Positions 1 through 15,028 of a stretch of 64,000 nucleotides of DNA are shown piece by piece. The stretch is taken from the NCBI RefSeq assembly GCF_009914755.1, contig NC_060936.1; one strand, 5' to 3'. Within the stretch, counting starts at the first letter, position 1. Every line of letters starts with the position of its first letter. The notes beneath the pieces are model-generated. The model saw only the letters and a list, made by a program, of their open reading frames with translations, was not told where the DNA came from and did not search any database. The translations under genes and the position numbers were made by a program. Source of the stretch: the human T2T-CHM13v2.0 reference genome, Homo sapiens.

Positions 1-107
1 ACCCGGTAGGCGGAGCTTGCAGTGAGCTGAGATCGCACCACTACACTTCAGCCTGGGCGACAGAGCAAAACCCCCGTCTCAAAAAAAAAAAAAAAAAAAA
101 AAAAAAA
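1..107 (+). mobile_element. AluY-like 3' end with poly(A) tail (cut by window edge)
   Basis: ggcggagcttgcagtgagc...gcctgggcgacagagc followed by an A tail at 81-107. Confidence 0.9.
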
Positions 108-379
108 GAAGTGAACACCTGCTTCCTCAAAGTGGACCTCACCAAAGGTGGTGCAAAGCCACTCTGGGAAGCATAAAATCATGTATGAGTTAGAAAAGTT
201 AGCATGAATTTGATTTGCTCTTTGACCTGTACATTAATGCGTACCTCTAACCCAGAGAGAAAACAGCTTGCGTCCATGTTGCTGCTCAACAATGTCTTTC
301 TTCAAGAGTCTGCTAGGGTAGAGGTCAGGATTGTTGGAGGAAAATAATGTCTTTAGATGGTAGATTTGTTTTTTCCTGA

Positions 380-905
380 AGTTTTTACTGTGGTAAAATA
401 TCACAAAACTTACTATCGTCACCATTTTCAAGTGTACAGTTCAGTGTTATTAAATATATTCATACTGTTATGCAGCCATCACTACCATCCATCTCCAGGA
501 CTGTTTTCATCTTACAAAACTCAAACTGTGTACCCATTCAACACTAACTCCCTATTCCTCTTTCCTTTCAGTCCCAGGCACCCACCATGGTGCTTTCTGC
601 CTCTGTGATTTTCCTCATGTAGGTAGATTCATAGAGTATTTATTATTTTGTGGCTGGCTTACTTTGCATAGCATGTTGTCCTCAAGGCTCATCCATGTAG
701 CATGTGTCAGAATTTCCTTCCTTTTGAAGATTGAATACTATTCCATTATATGTGAGTAGACCACATCTTGCTTATCCATTCATTCATCTGTTGATGGACA
801 CTTGGGTTGCTGCCATGTTATAGCTTCTATGAATAACACTGCTGTGAACATGGGTGTTCAAATATCTCTTCGAAGCCTTGCTTTCTGTTCTTTTGAGTAT
901 ATTGG
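380..905 (-). mobile_element. Old L1M (L1MB-like) 3' end fragment
   Basis: aagtgtacagttcagtg...gatggacacttgggttgc...gctgtgaacatgggtgt, typical antisense L1M 3' UTR. Confidence 0.8.
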
Positions 906-1284
906 AGAGCAGGCTTTTAATTATTTTGGTATCTTATTATACAGGGTGCTAGACGAGCGTCAGCAATGTGGCAGCTGTTGGACTGTGTGATGGCCTCCAT
1001 TCTGATGATGCTGTTTGCTTTCTCAGGAAATGAGAAATGCATATTTCAGATCTAGGAAGGTGATCCCAGAATATGACCCTTATTCAGTCACTTATTTCAG
1101 TTGCATGTAACAGAAAGTCTAACAGTCCAGGGATACTTGGGGTTTTAGAAACAGCTGAATCCAGGGACCCATATATGTCTTTATTCATTTCTAGGCTCTA
1201 CTTTTCTCAGAAGTCCAGACAGTCTCTGTCAATGTGGTGACCCCTATCATACTTATAGCTTAAAAATTCAGTTATATGATAATG

Positions 1285-1618
1285 CAGTCATCCCTCCCTA
1301 TCTCCAGGTTCTGCATTTGTGGATTCAACCAACCATGAATGGAAAATATTAGAAAACTTAACAATAAAAAATAATACAACCATAAACAACAATACAACAA
1401 TAAACAATACAAATTTAAAAAACCAATGTTGTCTAACAACTATTTACATAAAATTTACATCGTTTTAGGTCTTATAAGTAGTCTAGAGATTATTTAAACT
1501 ACACAGCAGGATATGAATAGGTATATGCAAATACTGTATCATTTTATATAAGAGATTTGAGCATCCTTCAAGTTCTGGATCCTGGAGCCAATCTTATGCA
1601 GATACCTAGGGATGACTG
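1285..1618 (-). mobile_element. MER2 (Tigger-family non-autonomous DNA transposon)
   Basis: Terminal inverted repeats cagtcatccct...agggatgactg, TA at the right flank, internal MER2-like sequence. Confidence 0.85.
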
Positions 1619-1636
1619 TAGTGCTTTTTAAATACC

Positions 1637-2402
1637 TTCTGCATATGGGTAGCCAGTTCTCCCAGCACCATTTATTAAATAGGGAATCCTTTTCCGTTGC
1701 TTGTTTTTGTCTCACACCAGTTAGAATGGCGATTATTAAGAAGATTATAAACATCAGATGCTGGCGAGGTTGCGGAGAAATAGGAAAGCTTTTACACTGT
1801 TTGTGGGAATGTCAATTAGTTCAACCATTGTAGAAGACAGTGTGGTGATTTCTCAAAGGTTAGAACCAGAAATACCATTTGATCCAGCAATCCCATTACT
1901 GGGTATATACCCAAAGGAATATAAATCATTCTATTATAAAGATACATGCATGCTTATGTTCACTGCAGCACTATTTGCAATAGCAAAGACATGGAATCAA
2001 CCCAAATGCCCATCAATGATAGACTGGATTAAAAAAACTGTGTACATATAACACCATGGAATACTATACAGCCATAAAAAGGAACAAGATCATGTTCCTT
2101 GCAGGGACATGGATGAAGCTGGAAGCTATTATCCTCGGCAAACTAACACAGAAACAGAAAACCAAACACTGCATGTTCTCACTCATAGGTGGGAGTTGAA
2201 CAGTGAGAACACATGGAGGGGAACAACAGACACTGGGCCCTGTTGCAGGAGGGTGGTGGGTAGGGAGAGCATCAGGAAAAATACCTAATGCATGCCAGGC
2301 TTAAGGTGATGGGTTGATAGGTGCAACAAACCACCATGACACACATTTACCTATGTAACAAACCTGCACATCCTGCCCATGTACCCCGGAACTTAAAAAA
2401 AA
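1637..2402 (+). mobile_element. 5'-truncated L1PA with short 5' inversion
   Basis: 1637-1711 is antisense ORF2 sequence. 1710-2402 is sense ORF2 C-terminus (WNQPKCPSMIDWIKK), 3' UTR and A tail. Confidence 0.88.
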
Positions 2403-3719
2403 CTTGCAAGTATAGTCACAGATTTAAATTTCATATTTTAACTTGGAATAATCACTGCGTCCAGGGAGATGAAAGAGGTTTATTAGGTGGCCTGGGTCTG
2501 GCTCTTCATCCATGGAACTGTGGGATGGGTTCAGCTCCCAACTCTCCATGTACCACATTCACTTAGGGTCTAGAAAAGGAGGCTTCCTCCAAGAGATACT
2601 AATGAAGGTGCTGATATCAGTAGAAGGGAAAATGGGTAAAGAGTAGACCTCAAAAAACAGATGTTCATGATAAGCTCCCAATTCTCTGTATTTCAGACTT
2701 TATTCCACTCATCTCTATGCCATTTTCTACACCTGTCCCGCAGTCAATGCAAGATGGCAAGAAGCCATATAGGATCAGAGTAAAGTGAGCGAAGGGGAGA
2801 GTGGTAGGGCTGAGGTCAGAGGAGCAGTGGGTATAGGGTGTGGGCAGATTATGCAGGGCCAAAAAAGTGACCCTGAATGAATGGATGACTTTGCAGACAT
2901 CTTGGCGTTGCTGTGAATGTGAAATAATATAGTAAGTGTTGAATATCTAGCAGTATTCTTGTATTTCCAGAAAACAATAGTAATCAAGCCATGACACTGG
3001 GTGAACAGAACCTATTGTTTAATTGATTACTCCTATGGGTCAAATGGCTGTGTGATTCAGAGAATATAAACTGTAGGCTTGTTTCATGGGGGAGAGAGAG
3101 ATTACCCAATACTGAGTAAGCGTGACCTCCAGGTCTGTGGGGGAAACCATAATCACAAGGGGAGGAGGCTCAATGTTAGTGGAAATCAAGTGACCCCAGG
3201 CTGCTGAACTGGGTCAAGGACTACACAAGCGGCTTGCTCTCCAAGGTTAATGTTTGTATAAATGAAGTGAGTCAGAGACTGCTGAATGTTGTGCTTGCTG
3301 CCTGTAAATTAGTTAAGAAGTGCCTTATAGGAACTCTTTGTAGTTTGTGGCTGCGATAAACCTTTCTGGTATTCTGTACAGGAGGAAGGGCCACACAAAC
3401 CATAGATCATTTAGGATACATCCTTAGAATAGGGCAGGTGGTCACAAAGGCTCAGATTGCTCTTCATTTCCCAACCGGAACACACCAGTGTGGATGTCCA
3501 CTGTCTCCTGCTCAAGATGAATTCTGTCTTCTTCTGGTCATGGCACCATGATATTCCTTTGGGGAAATGCCTTTCCCTGCCACACAGACACGAGATTTGG
3601 TGCTGACACCGTCCTGTTTTAGCCGACCAGCATATTGCATCTCCCTGACCACTGTGTGTCACTGTGTACAGTGTGACTGTGATTAAGACGGTTCAACGAT
3701 AATCAGTCCTTGGTCCTTT

Positions 3720-3985
3720 GCTAGAACGTTTGAAGGAGCTTCCAGCTGCCATCTTGCCACCATGAAGGGAGAGGCTGCCTAGGAGTGAAATCCTCAAAAA
3801 TGAAGAAGAGACAAGAGATAATGAGAACAGATTCCTGGTGGGTTCTTTGAATCCCTGGTTCCAGTCATACCCAAGCTACATTTGGAATTTTCACTTGCAG
3901 GAGTCCATGGGTGACTTTTTTGATTAAGCCAATAAATGTAAGTTTCCTTCACTTGCAGTTCAAAGAGTTCTGGCTTCTAAAGCCT
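3720..3985. mobile_element. MLT1-type (MaLR) LTR fragment
   Basis: gctgccatcttgccaccatgaaggg...tcacttgcagttcaaagagttct motifs typical of old MLT1 LTRs. Confidence 0.5.
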
Positions 3986-4124
3986 TCAGGAGATTGGGAA
4001 AAGGGCATATATTTTTGGTAGAAGCTTTTGTAAGGCATAACTTATATATAATACAATTAATCCTTCTTAAGTATATCATTCAGGGAATTTTAGCAAATGA
4101 ATGCAATTGTGTAATCACCACTAA

Positions 4125-4536
<412 letters not shown>

Positions 4537-4867
4537 GCAAGTATTGTCTTTCTGATGCTATTGTTTTGCCTTTTCTAGAACTTTATATAAATGGAATCAT
4601 ATTGTATGTAATTTTTGGTCTGGCTTCTTTCACTTAACGATGCTTTTGAAATTCACTTATGTTTTTGTGTGTATCAGTAATTTGTTCCTCTTTATGGATG
4701 AGTAGTATTCCATTGTATGGATATATGAATTTATTCACTAGTTGAAGGACATTTGGGTTGCTTCCAATTTTTATTACTAAAGCCATATTAAGATTTCTAT
4801 AGAGATTCTGAGAATGTAAGTTTTTATTTCTCTTGGGTATATACCTAGGAGTGGAATTGATGGGTAC

Positions 4868-5229
4868 TGTATTAATCTGTTCTCACACTGCTATGAAGAA
4901 ATACCCAAGACTGGGTAATTTATAAAGGAAAGAGGCTTAATTGACTCACAGTTCTGCATGGCTGGGGAAGCCTCAGGAAACTTAACAATCATGTTGGAAG
5001 GCACCTCTTCACAGGGCAGCAGGGGAGAGAATGAGTGCCCAATAAAGGGGGAAGCCCCTTATGAAACCATCAGATCTCGTGAGAACTAATTCACTATCAT
5101 GAGAACAGGACGGGGGAAACTGCCCCCATGATTCAATGACCTCTACCTGGTCCCTCCCATGACACTTGGGGATTATGGGAACTACAATTCTAGATGAGAT
5201 TTGGGTGAGGACACAGCCAAACCATATCA
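4868..5229 (-). mobile_element. THE1-type MaLR solo LTR
   Basis: tgtatt...ccaaaccatatca ends; 5-bp TSD GGTAC at 4863-4867 and 5230-5234. Confidence 0.92.
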
Positions 5230-6599
5230 GGTACTATGGTAAACATATGCTTAATTTTGTAAGAAACTGCCCAACTTTCCCAGAGTAGCTGCACCATTTC
5301 CCATTCCCACAGCAATCTATGAGAGTTCCAGGTGCTATACATCTTTGTCAGCACATGATATTGTCATTGTTTTTAATTTTAGCCATTTTTTTGTGGCTGC
5401 ATAAAAGTAGAGTTATCTTGTGATTTTAATTTGTATTTCTCTGATGACTGAGTATGTTAAATGTCTTTTCATGTGCTTTTGGGCTATTTGTGTGTTGTCT
5501 TTTTTAATATGTCTGTTCAGATCTTTTGCTCGTTATTTTCATAGGTTGTTCTGAAAACTGAGCTTTGTCGATAATATATTGTAGATATTTTGGAATCTGT
5601 TTTGTTCCTCTGAGGATTTTTGTCTTTTGTTGTTGTTGTTGTTCTGGTAGGTAGTTAACTTGTCTAGACTTAAACCGCAACATTTGCCTCCCTGGTTTTG
5701 CTGCTTTTTAAGCCTGGCTCTTTGCAGGTTTCCCTTGATCCTGAGTAGCTTAGTGAGGAACTGAAGCCCCAAAGGGCCTTCTCCAGGGTTACTCAGTACA
5801 AGGCAGGATGGATTCAGCTCAGGAATTCTCATCCCCAGGCCAGTGGTCCCTGGCTCCAGGTGCCCAGCAGTGTTTCTGGACCCTGATGTCCAGGAATGCC
5901 AAGAAACAGCCAACTCTGTGATCTGTCTGCCTGCTGCCCCATGTGCAGCCCCGAGTTAGCACATGGCCAAGAAGCAATATTTAAAGGAAACTGAGCTATG
6001 CTTTCCTGCTGCTTTTGAGATTCCTTTTTATCTGATATTATCTGGATGATTCCTGGTATTGAGAGCCCTTCAAGAATGAGAGTTACTGTCTATATACTTT
6101 CAGCCCATCCTCTGAGCCCACTGTGTCTCCTGGGGCCACAGAGAAGGGAAGGCAGAGAGGTCTGCCCCCACCAAAGGCTCCAGCAATCCCAACTGTCTAT
6201 GTGGAGTGAATGGGTCACACCTGGAAAAAGAGTTCTGGAGGGTCTTGCCTGGCAATTGAGTGCTCTGGGCTGACAGTCCCACATGTCACTTCTTTTCACA
6301 ACTCATTGGTGTTAACAGTCACAGGCCTCCCCTTCCCAAGCCATTGGAGGGTCAGGAAATACCTCCTATCATGTTGCAGATGTAGGCAGATATCTCAGAA
6401 TATTTGGTGGCCAAAAATTGATATTAATGACTATAGTGATGACCACAACTCTACTTTTTTTTATTAAAAAATGATTGAGTCTACTAAGTTGATTTCCTGA
6501 CCCATTAATAGATTGTGACTCACAGTTTGAAAAACATACCCTATGAGAAAGTGACCTTTAAGCTAAGGATTGAAGGATAAGACGACAGTCCCTGGTATG

Positions 6600-6960
6600 A
6601 AAAGTGTGTGAAGGCTGAGAGACAGGAAAGGCTCACAGTATTCCAGGAACAGGCGAAAGGCTGGTGGTCTGGATGTCGTGAGTCCAGGGGACATGGTAAA
6701 GATAAGGACAGAGATGTTGGTAGCCTTGCAGGGCCATAGAATAAATAGGGGGAATGTTTTTCTATGAATGTGGGAAGTCACGGGAGGGTTTGAGCAGAGG
6801 AGTTGACATGGTTTATGTTTGAGAAACTATCTGGAAGTCTGGCTGCTGTGTGGGAAATGGGCTGAGGGTTACGATTGGAGGTTATTGCAAAGGTCCAGGC
6901 AAGACACGATGGTGGCTTATGCTAGGAAGGAGGTGCAGAGTTATTAAAAAGTGGAAGTAC
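6600..6960 (-). mobile_element. L2 fragment
   Basis: ggagggtttgagcagagga...ctggctgctgtgtgg...gtccaggcaagacacgatggtggctt L2 motifs. Confidence 0.7.
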
Positions 6961-7961
6961 ATAGGCCCTTTTTTGATGGGGAGCCCCTGAGCCAGTTTCC
7001 TGTGTTACCCTGTGAGAAAATAACTTGGGAGATCTGGGTTGCATCATGAATTAGAAATAAAGTTTTGATACTTAGTCCTATTTACTATCATCAGAGATCC
7101 TCTCTAAAGTTGCCTTTAGCAAGGGAAATGATTGGTCCTAAGGAAGTTTCTAAGAATAAATGATTTGATATAAGCTACATCTGAAAATGTCACTTCATAG
7201 GGCAGACTTTGTCAGCTGTTGTGATGTATTGTTTATCATTGTGGAGATAAATTATGCTTGTGATAACAAGCAGTGTGTTGAAACAGCCACTAAGCATTTA
7301 TCAGGTTAATCTCCTTTGTTAATGAAGAAGGCTAATGACTTTCAGTGAGTCCGCCTCCTCGGCTCTGTTGAACCCACCCACGCTCTGAGGTCTCTAGAAA
7401 ACAGCCTCCCTTTCAGATCCTGCTGTGTGAGCTAAGGGGATCTTTGAGAAGTTGCTAATTCATGGCATCATAGGTAGGAGGTAATGGTGCTTGTTCCTGC
7501 TCTATTGAAGAAAGAAGGTAGAAAACATGCACACAGTTCACTCCTTGAAAATGAATTTCAGGTCTCTCTGCTCACTGGGAACACAGCACAAAGCATTTTA
7601 TAATCTTTCAGGCTTACTCATCACCGCTCTCTTGATTTAAAGAACTCATGGGAAACACATGTGATGGAAGCTCTTAAGAGCACTGGCCTGGGAGACAAAT
7701 TTTATTTTTTGTTTTATCCCTACTTTGTTGTGTGATGTTAAGCACATTACTTAACTTCTGTTTTCATTTCCTCCCCTGAAAATTTACGTTCTGCAGAAAT
7801 TAAGAATTGCAACCCTTTATCAAGCCTTTCAAGTATGTTAGTTGTTCACCGATCACAGATTTTGAACACCCAGTAGACAGAAGAAATTAACACCAGACAT
7901 TGTGCTGTGAGGTATGATAGGACTCTGCACACAGATGCCCTTGAACCTTCTAGAACGAGCA

Positions 7962-8557
7962 TGTGCCAGTTGTCATTTTGTTGCTGGTCATCTCCTACAC
8001 CATCCTTCTCTCCCTGCTTTGTGGTCTTGGAGCTGGACCCTGTAAACATTTCTCCTTTGTCAGCTGGTGCAGTACTGGGCCTTTCCAGCAGAGGACGCTA
8101 GAGGGACAGTGTGGGGCACATCAGGGGAAGGGCTTTTCATCCTGATTTTGGTATCTTCTTCTTTCTGTTCCTGCCGCACAGCCCCCAGAGCCTGCAAGGG
8201 CCATCCAGTGAGTTTGACTCTGCTTACTAGCTGGGGACCAGCTCTCGCTCAAGACACCCAGCACACTTCCCCACCATCCAGTGGGCTGCAGCCATACCCA
8301 CTCATGAGGGCTGAACCTCAGGCTGGGGGGCGGGCACACCTTCTGTTTGTTCCTTGGGTACTCTCCCTCAGCCCTAGAGGTGGTAGCTGCTCCTTCCATG
8401 GGCTATTTCTATATTCTGTTTTTTTTAAACTCATTTATAGTTATCCATCTTTTATTAGTTAGTAATTTTTATTTTGAAAATTTCCTGATCAAATTACTGC
8501 ATTTCTGTGCAGTTACTGGTGCGGTTTCTGTCTCCTGGCTGTACTCTGACTGATACA
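7962..8557 (+). mobile_element. ERVL solo LTR (LTR33/LTR41-like)
   Basis: TG...CA ends; ggagctggaccctgtaaacatttctcctttg near the 5' end and ggtttctgtctcctgg...ctgactgataca at the 3' end. Confidence 0.7.
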
Positions 8558-8836
8558 TTACCATAGATAGTTAGGTACTAACATATGTATTAACATAGCC
8601 CTAAAGGGATATTAATTTTCCCATTACCAATTCATATTTTTCTTTCTGTTTAAACAAGTTTTCCCAGGACACCTTCAGACTACTTTTTGGTGAATGAAAG
8701 AATATTCTTTTTTAAGCTGATTAGGGTATTACGTGTATCTAAGAGTAACAGCACAACATTTCTTTTAAAAACTCTTGGTAATTTAGGCTGGTGGTTCTTC
8801 TTCCCTAGTGGGCTTCAGAATCACTAGGGAAGCTAG

Positions 8837-9172
8837 TTTATTTATTTATTTTTTTGAGACGGAGTTTCACTCTTGTTGCCCAGGATGTAGTGCAATGGTG
8901 CGATCTTGGCTCACTGCAAGATCTGCAGTGCAAGATCTCACTGCAAGAACCTGGCTCTACCTCCCAGGTTCAAGTGATTCTCCCCCCTCAGCCTCCCAAT
9001 TAGCTGGGATTACAGTTATGTGCCAGCACGCCCAGCTACTTTTTGTATTTTTAGTAGAGACAGAATTTCACCATGTTGGCCAGGCTGGTCTTAAACTCCT
9101 GACCTCAGGTGATCCGCCCGCCTCGGCCTCCCGAAGTGTTGGGACTACAGGCGTGAGCCACTGTGTCTGGCC
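8837..9172 (-). mobile_element. AluS (Sq/Sp-like) with an internal templated insertion
   Basis: gagtttcactcttgttgcccagg; degenerate TSD gaagctagttta/ggagctggttta; about 35 extra nt at 8920-8955. Confidence 0.9.
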
Positions 9173-9717
9173 CTGGAGCTGGTTTAACGTGTGTATTCTT
9201 GGGCCTTGTTGCCAGATGTTGAGTTACTCTGGTTTAATTCATCATTAAATAGCTTTTCGGTATATATTTTTCATACTTAATTCTTACAACAATCCTGTTA
9301 GGAGCCTTAACTTCATTTTACTGGTTGGTGGCTTGGAGAAGTACTTGTAGACAGATCAGCAGTGAGTGTGACAGAAACCAAACCCTGGGCTTTTGACCCC
9401 AGATCCTATTTCCTTTCCATTAAATTCCACTTTCTAGCTCTAGCTTACAATAAAACCCTTTTGTTCTGTTTCTTTTGTACCAATGATGTGGAAATTGAAG
9501 CTAATAATTTCATTTTTCAAAATTTTTTTCTTAGTCTAGAAAATCTGTGAAACATAGACAGTCATAAAGAAGAATGAAATAAAAATAATCTATTGCCTAG
9601 AGATGAGTTTTGACACATCTATTTCTGGTTTCTTTTCTCCACATCTATCTTTTTTTTTTTTTTAAACAAGATGATGCTCATTTTAACCTTTTAACCTTTT
9701 GCTCTTTTCATTTTATC

Positions 9718-10010
9718 GTTGTATTGGTTTGCTACTTTTGTATAATAAAATATCCTCAAGTTCAGTGGCTTGGAACAACAGTCTTTTATTCTCTCTTATG
9801 CAAGGGCTGGTCAGCTGGGGGCAGTTGAGCCAGGAGGGTTCATCTGGGGTGGCTCAGCTGGGGAACTTCTGTGCCATGGGTCTGTCATTCTTCTTCTAGG
9901 ATCAAGGATCTAACCTGGCACATTGTTTTCATGGTCCTGGTGGCAACACAGGAGGAGGAGAAGCAGAAACACATGTGATCTCTTATGGTCTAGGCTGAGG
10001 ACAGTCTCTT
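9718..10010. mobile_element. Old MLT1-type LTR fragment
   Basis: tgtattggtttgcta...cagtggcttggaacaaca start motif. Confidence 0.5.
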
Positions 10011-11307
10011 CTGCCTGTTTGCCATGAGATGACAAATGTTTTCTTTTCGTGTCTCTTACCACACCCTCCTCCAAGCAAAGAAGAAATAACCTCTCAGTTC
10101 CTCCTGAGTTTCCCTCAGTAATAGCTCCTACCATTGTGCATTATATATGAATACTCAAGCTCATTTAAAACACCATCTGATAAAATAACCTGTATAATTT
10201 TCTTCACAGATGAACATGAGGAAAAAATAATGATTACGTTATTAGATCGTGGCCCTGTATTTGTAGCTGGCTCTAAGCTCCTAAGGAAAACGTTGAATAG
10301 CTTGTGCTTCCCACAGGATTGCAAATGAGAAAGAGAACCAAGCTTGTGTTCTTCTGCAGGGTTAATATAGGCTAATGGGTTCCTCAAGGTGTACTGGTCT
10401 CCACCAGTGGCCACACGTTTTCTAGGCAGAGACAGAGGGGGGTGCCCTGGTGTCTGAGGCATTGGAAGGGCAGGAGCAGAGCTGCCTTAGCCTTGCTCCA
10501 TTGTCTAACCGTGTAATGGGGGCACCATGATTTGGAGCTGTCATCTAGACAAAGCAGAGTCCCCAGTCCCCAGAGAGTCACTGTATGATGCAATCCCATT
10601 GAAAGAAACCCAAAAGTCGCCTTGCAAAAGCTACCTCATCACACTCCCGGGCCCCTCCCCATGCCTTCCTCAACCAGAAGGGGCTACTTCCATTTTCTCA
10701 GCTAGCTTTTCCAGAATGTCACTGTTTGATGTCTCTGTAAGATTCATTGTATCAGCTTTTTGCATGATGGTTTGACCGCATGATGTGGATAACTTTCTAC
10801 ATCTGTAGCTTCATTGCTTAATATTTCATTTGAAATCCATTTTTGTGGTTTTAGAATCTGTAATGTGTCAGTAGATGAAGCCACTCTGCAATGCATGGGG
10901 AATAACAGACACGTCCCTGCACAGGGAGTCAGGAGAGCGGCAGAGGGCCATCAGGCCTGGCTGCAGCAGGATCAGCTTCTGTTCTCATTGAGTGGCCTCC
11001 CAGCCTAAGCATGTCTAAACACACTTAGGACTGCTGAGTAAGGTTGTGCAGGTTGCACACTGCTCATAGCATGTTTAAGGCAATTTTATTCACATTCTCG
11101 ACATTGTAGATTTAGGATTTTACTAGGACAGTTGTACAACACATGGCAACAAAGTGCCTTGTACCCAAATTGGTATATTATGACAATTTTGTGAGGGATG
11201 GAAGAGGGACCATTTTATAATTTGCACGGGTTCTTTAGGGACTAATAGCTTCTCTGTACTGAATACCCTTTAGGGAATGTACTATTTCCTGCAGTGGCCC
11301 AGAACAG

Positions 11308-11600
11308 TCATTCATTCAGCAGCATTTAATGAATGTTAAATGAGCACCTGGTAGACGCCAGTCCCAGGGCTGGGCTGCAGGATGCAATGGAGAGGAAAAG
11401 GAACAAAGAGCCCCGTCCTTGTGATCTGACAGGGAAGGCTGATGTGAAGCAACCAAGAACATACTTGATGATGTGATTGCAGTTGTGGCAAGTGCGCTAC
11501 CAGGCCTGTCTGGGGTGTTAGGAGAGCACAGAGTAGGGTTACGAGCAGGTCCGCTGGGGCTCAGGGGAGGCTCTGAAGTTCGATGAGGATCATGGCCCTG
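11308..11600 (-). mobile_element. L2 3' fragment
   Basis: cattcattca...tgagcacct...ccccgtccttgtg L2 terminus. Confidence 0.6.
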
Positions 11601-11920
11601 GAAGTTGGATAGTTCACATTGGGTGGGGTCTGACGGAGGAAAGTCATGAAGACTGAGTGTAGTGAAGACTCATCCCAGAAGCTATGATGAGTTTACATAG
11701 TGCATGAGCTTTGTGTTAAATGAAATGAATCACATAGGGAGAATATTTTAATTCTCTTTCAACATTTCTGATTAGGTCAAGAACAGATTCTACTGTGTTT
11801 TTAACAGCTTTCTAATTTGCTAATCTCCCTTTGTAATAGAGAATAACAAGTCCTTTGCCAAAGTCTTGGACAGGCAACAGCATCCAAATGTAATTTAATA
11901 CAGTTGCTTTGTTTTAAGTA

Positions 11921-13323
<1,403 letters not shown>

Positions 13324-13613
13324 TGGATGTAAACTTTAAATAGGTATATTTTATTGGTTGCAAATTAAACCTCATTGAAGTTAATATAAAAACAAGTGAT
13401 GTAATATTTTGGTTGAAGGCAGGAGGATGTTAAAATGTGGCCCAGGATATCAGCAATAGTAAGATTCTTGAGAATCAGTCTGGAAAAAAAAAAGAGTGCA
13501 TCATATTGAAACTGTTTCCTTTCAGGTTTAGAGAAAGGAAAGAAAAACAAAAACAAGTGCCCAGTACAGTGTTTTGGAGAGGTTAAGTGCAGGAATAATA
13601 CCAGCTGAGATAA

Positions 13614-13800
13614 AGGGCCTGTTGTGGGGTGGGGGGTGGGGGGAGGGATAGCATTAGGAGATATACCTAATGTAAATGACGAGTTAATGGGTGCAGCACA
13701 CCAACATGGCACATGTATACATATGTAACAAACCTGCACGTTGTGCACATGTACCCTAGAACTTAAAGTATAGTAAAAAAAAATATATATATATATAAAA
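13614..13800 (+). mobile_element. L1PA 3' UTR fragment (severely 5'-truncated)
   Basis: G-rich tract, gggatagcattaggagatatacctaatg...ccctagaacttaaagtata, then an A/TA tail. Confidence 0.9.
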
Positions 13801-14785
13801 AGAAAAGAGTCATTTCACAGACCCTTACCCCAACTGGGATGTCGAGTTTGCATAAGAAACAGAAAGTAAGACAGTTTCTCCGTTGACGTTTATATATCTA
13901 AAATAAGGAATGCTTTTGAAAATACGTACGTGTATTTTGGGGTGGTGTTAAAATGGATGGGGGACCCAAGGATAAGATAAGCTGTCATGCAACTTTGAAA
14001 ATCAGAGAGATCTACAAAAATAACAGCAACCTGCTGTCTTGGGTGTCTGCTGTCAAATGCACATCTGTATCTTTGGAGAAGAGGTCTAACACATATTCTA
14101 GTTCATTAAAGAAATCCTATTTTAACTTGGAATAAAAGGCTGCCAATTCAGAAATTTTATTCGAGCTGTCAGAATTGGTATCAGTTGTTGCTCATGTCTT
14201 ACAGTGTTTTCCTGTACCTTCTTTTTGCCACTCATCTCCTCAGTTAACTGATTTTTCATGTTCTTTATCTTTTGTTGCATTTCACAGGATGCTAATGTCC
14301 AATTGGTCCCAAGTTCTTTCGTTATCCTGACCTGAACGTCACAAAGCCTGTAACTAGTATATATCATTTATAAATGCTTTTGGCTGCACGTCAAAGACTA
14401 TGATTAGAACCCACTGCTTCTGCCCTTGTTCTAAGGCAGAGGGCAAACAAACTAAACATAGTTCATGGGAAGAGCTAAGAGAACAAATACATCAGTTAGA
14501 CTAACTCCAGACGGTGGTATATGATTAGAAGAAAAACCCGGGGGATGTGGAAGAGTGTCTTCCACTTGAAGAGTGTGCTAAGAATATAAGAATTACCCCA
14601 TTTTTAGATGATAAAGTTGAGTCTTTGAGAAAACCAGTTCCGTATGAATAAGAGCTCAAACTAATCGGAGTTTATATTCCCATGTGACAAGATATCTGGA
14701 GGTTGTTTCAGCAGCTGTATAGCATCAGGGCGAACTTCTTTGAGGTTTTCTTGGCCTTTGCCTCATATGTGTAGCCTCATGATAA

Positions 14786-15028
<243 letters not shown>

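Noticed and set aside
8808-9248. 146-aa ORF and similar Alu-derived ORFs (4176, 12263, 14832, 24685, 47370)
   Set aside because: Typical Alu translations ([11 protein letters not shown]...), not genes.
11030-11260. Possible hAT-type DNA transposon fragment
   Set aside because: The resemblance is too weak to name or bound without a Dfam search.
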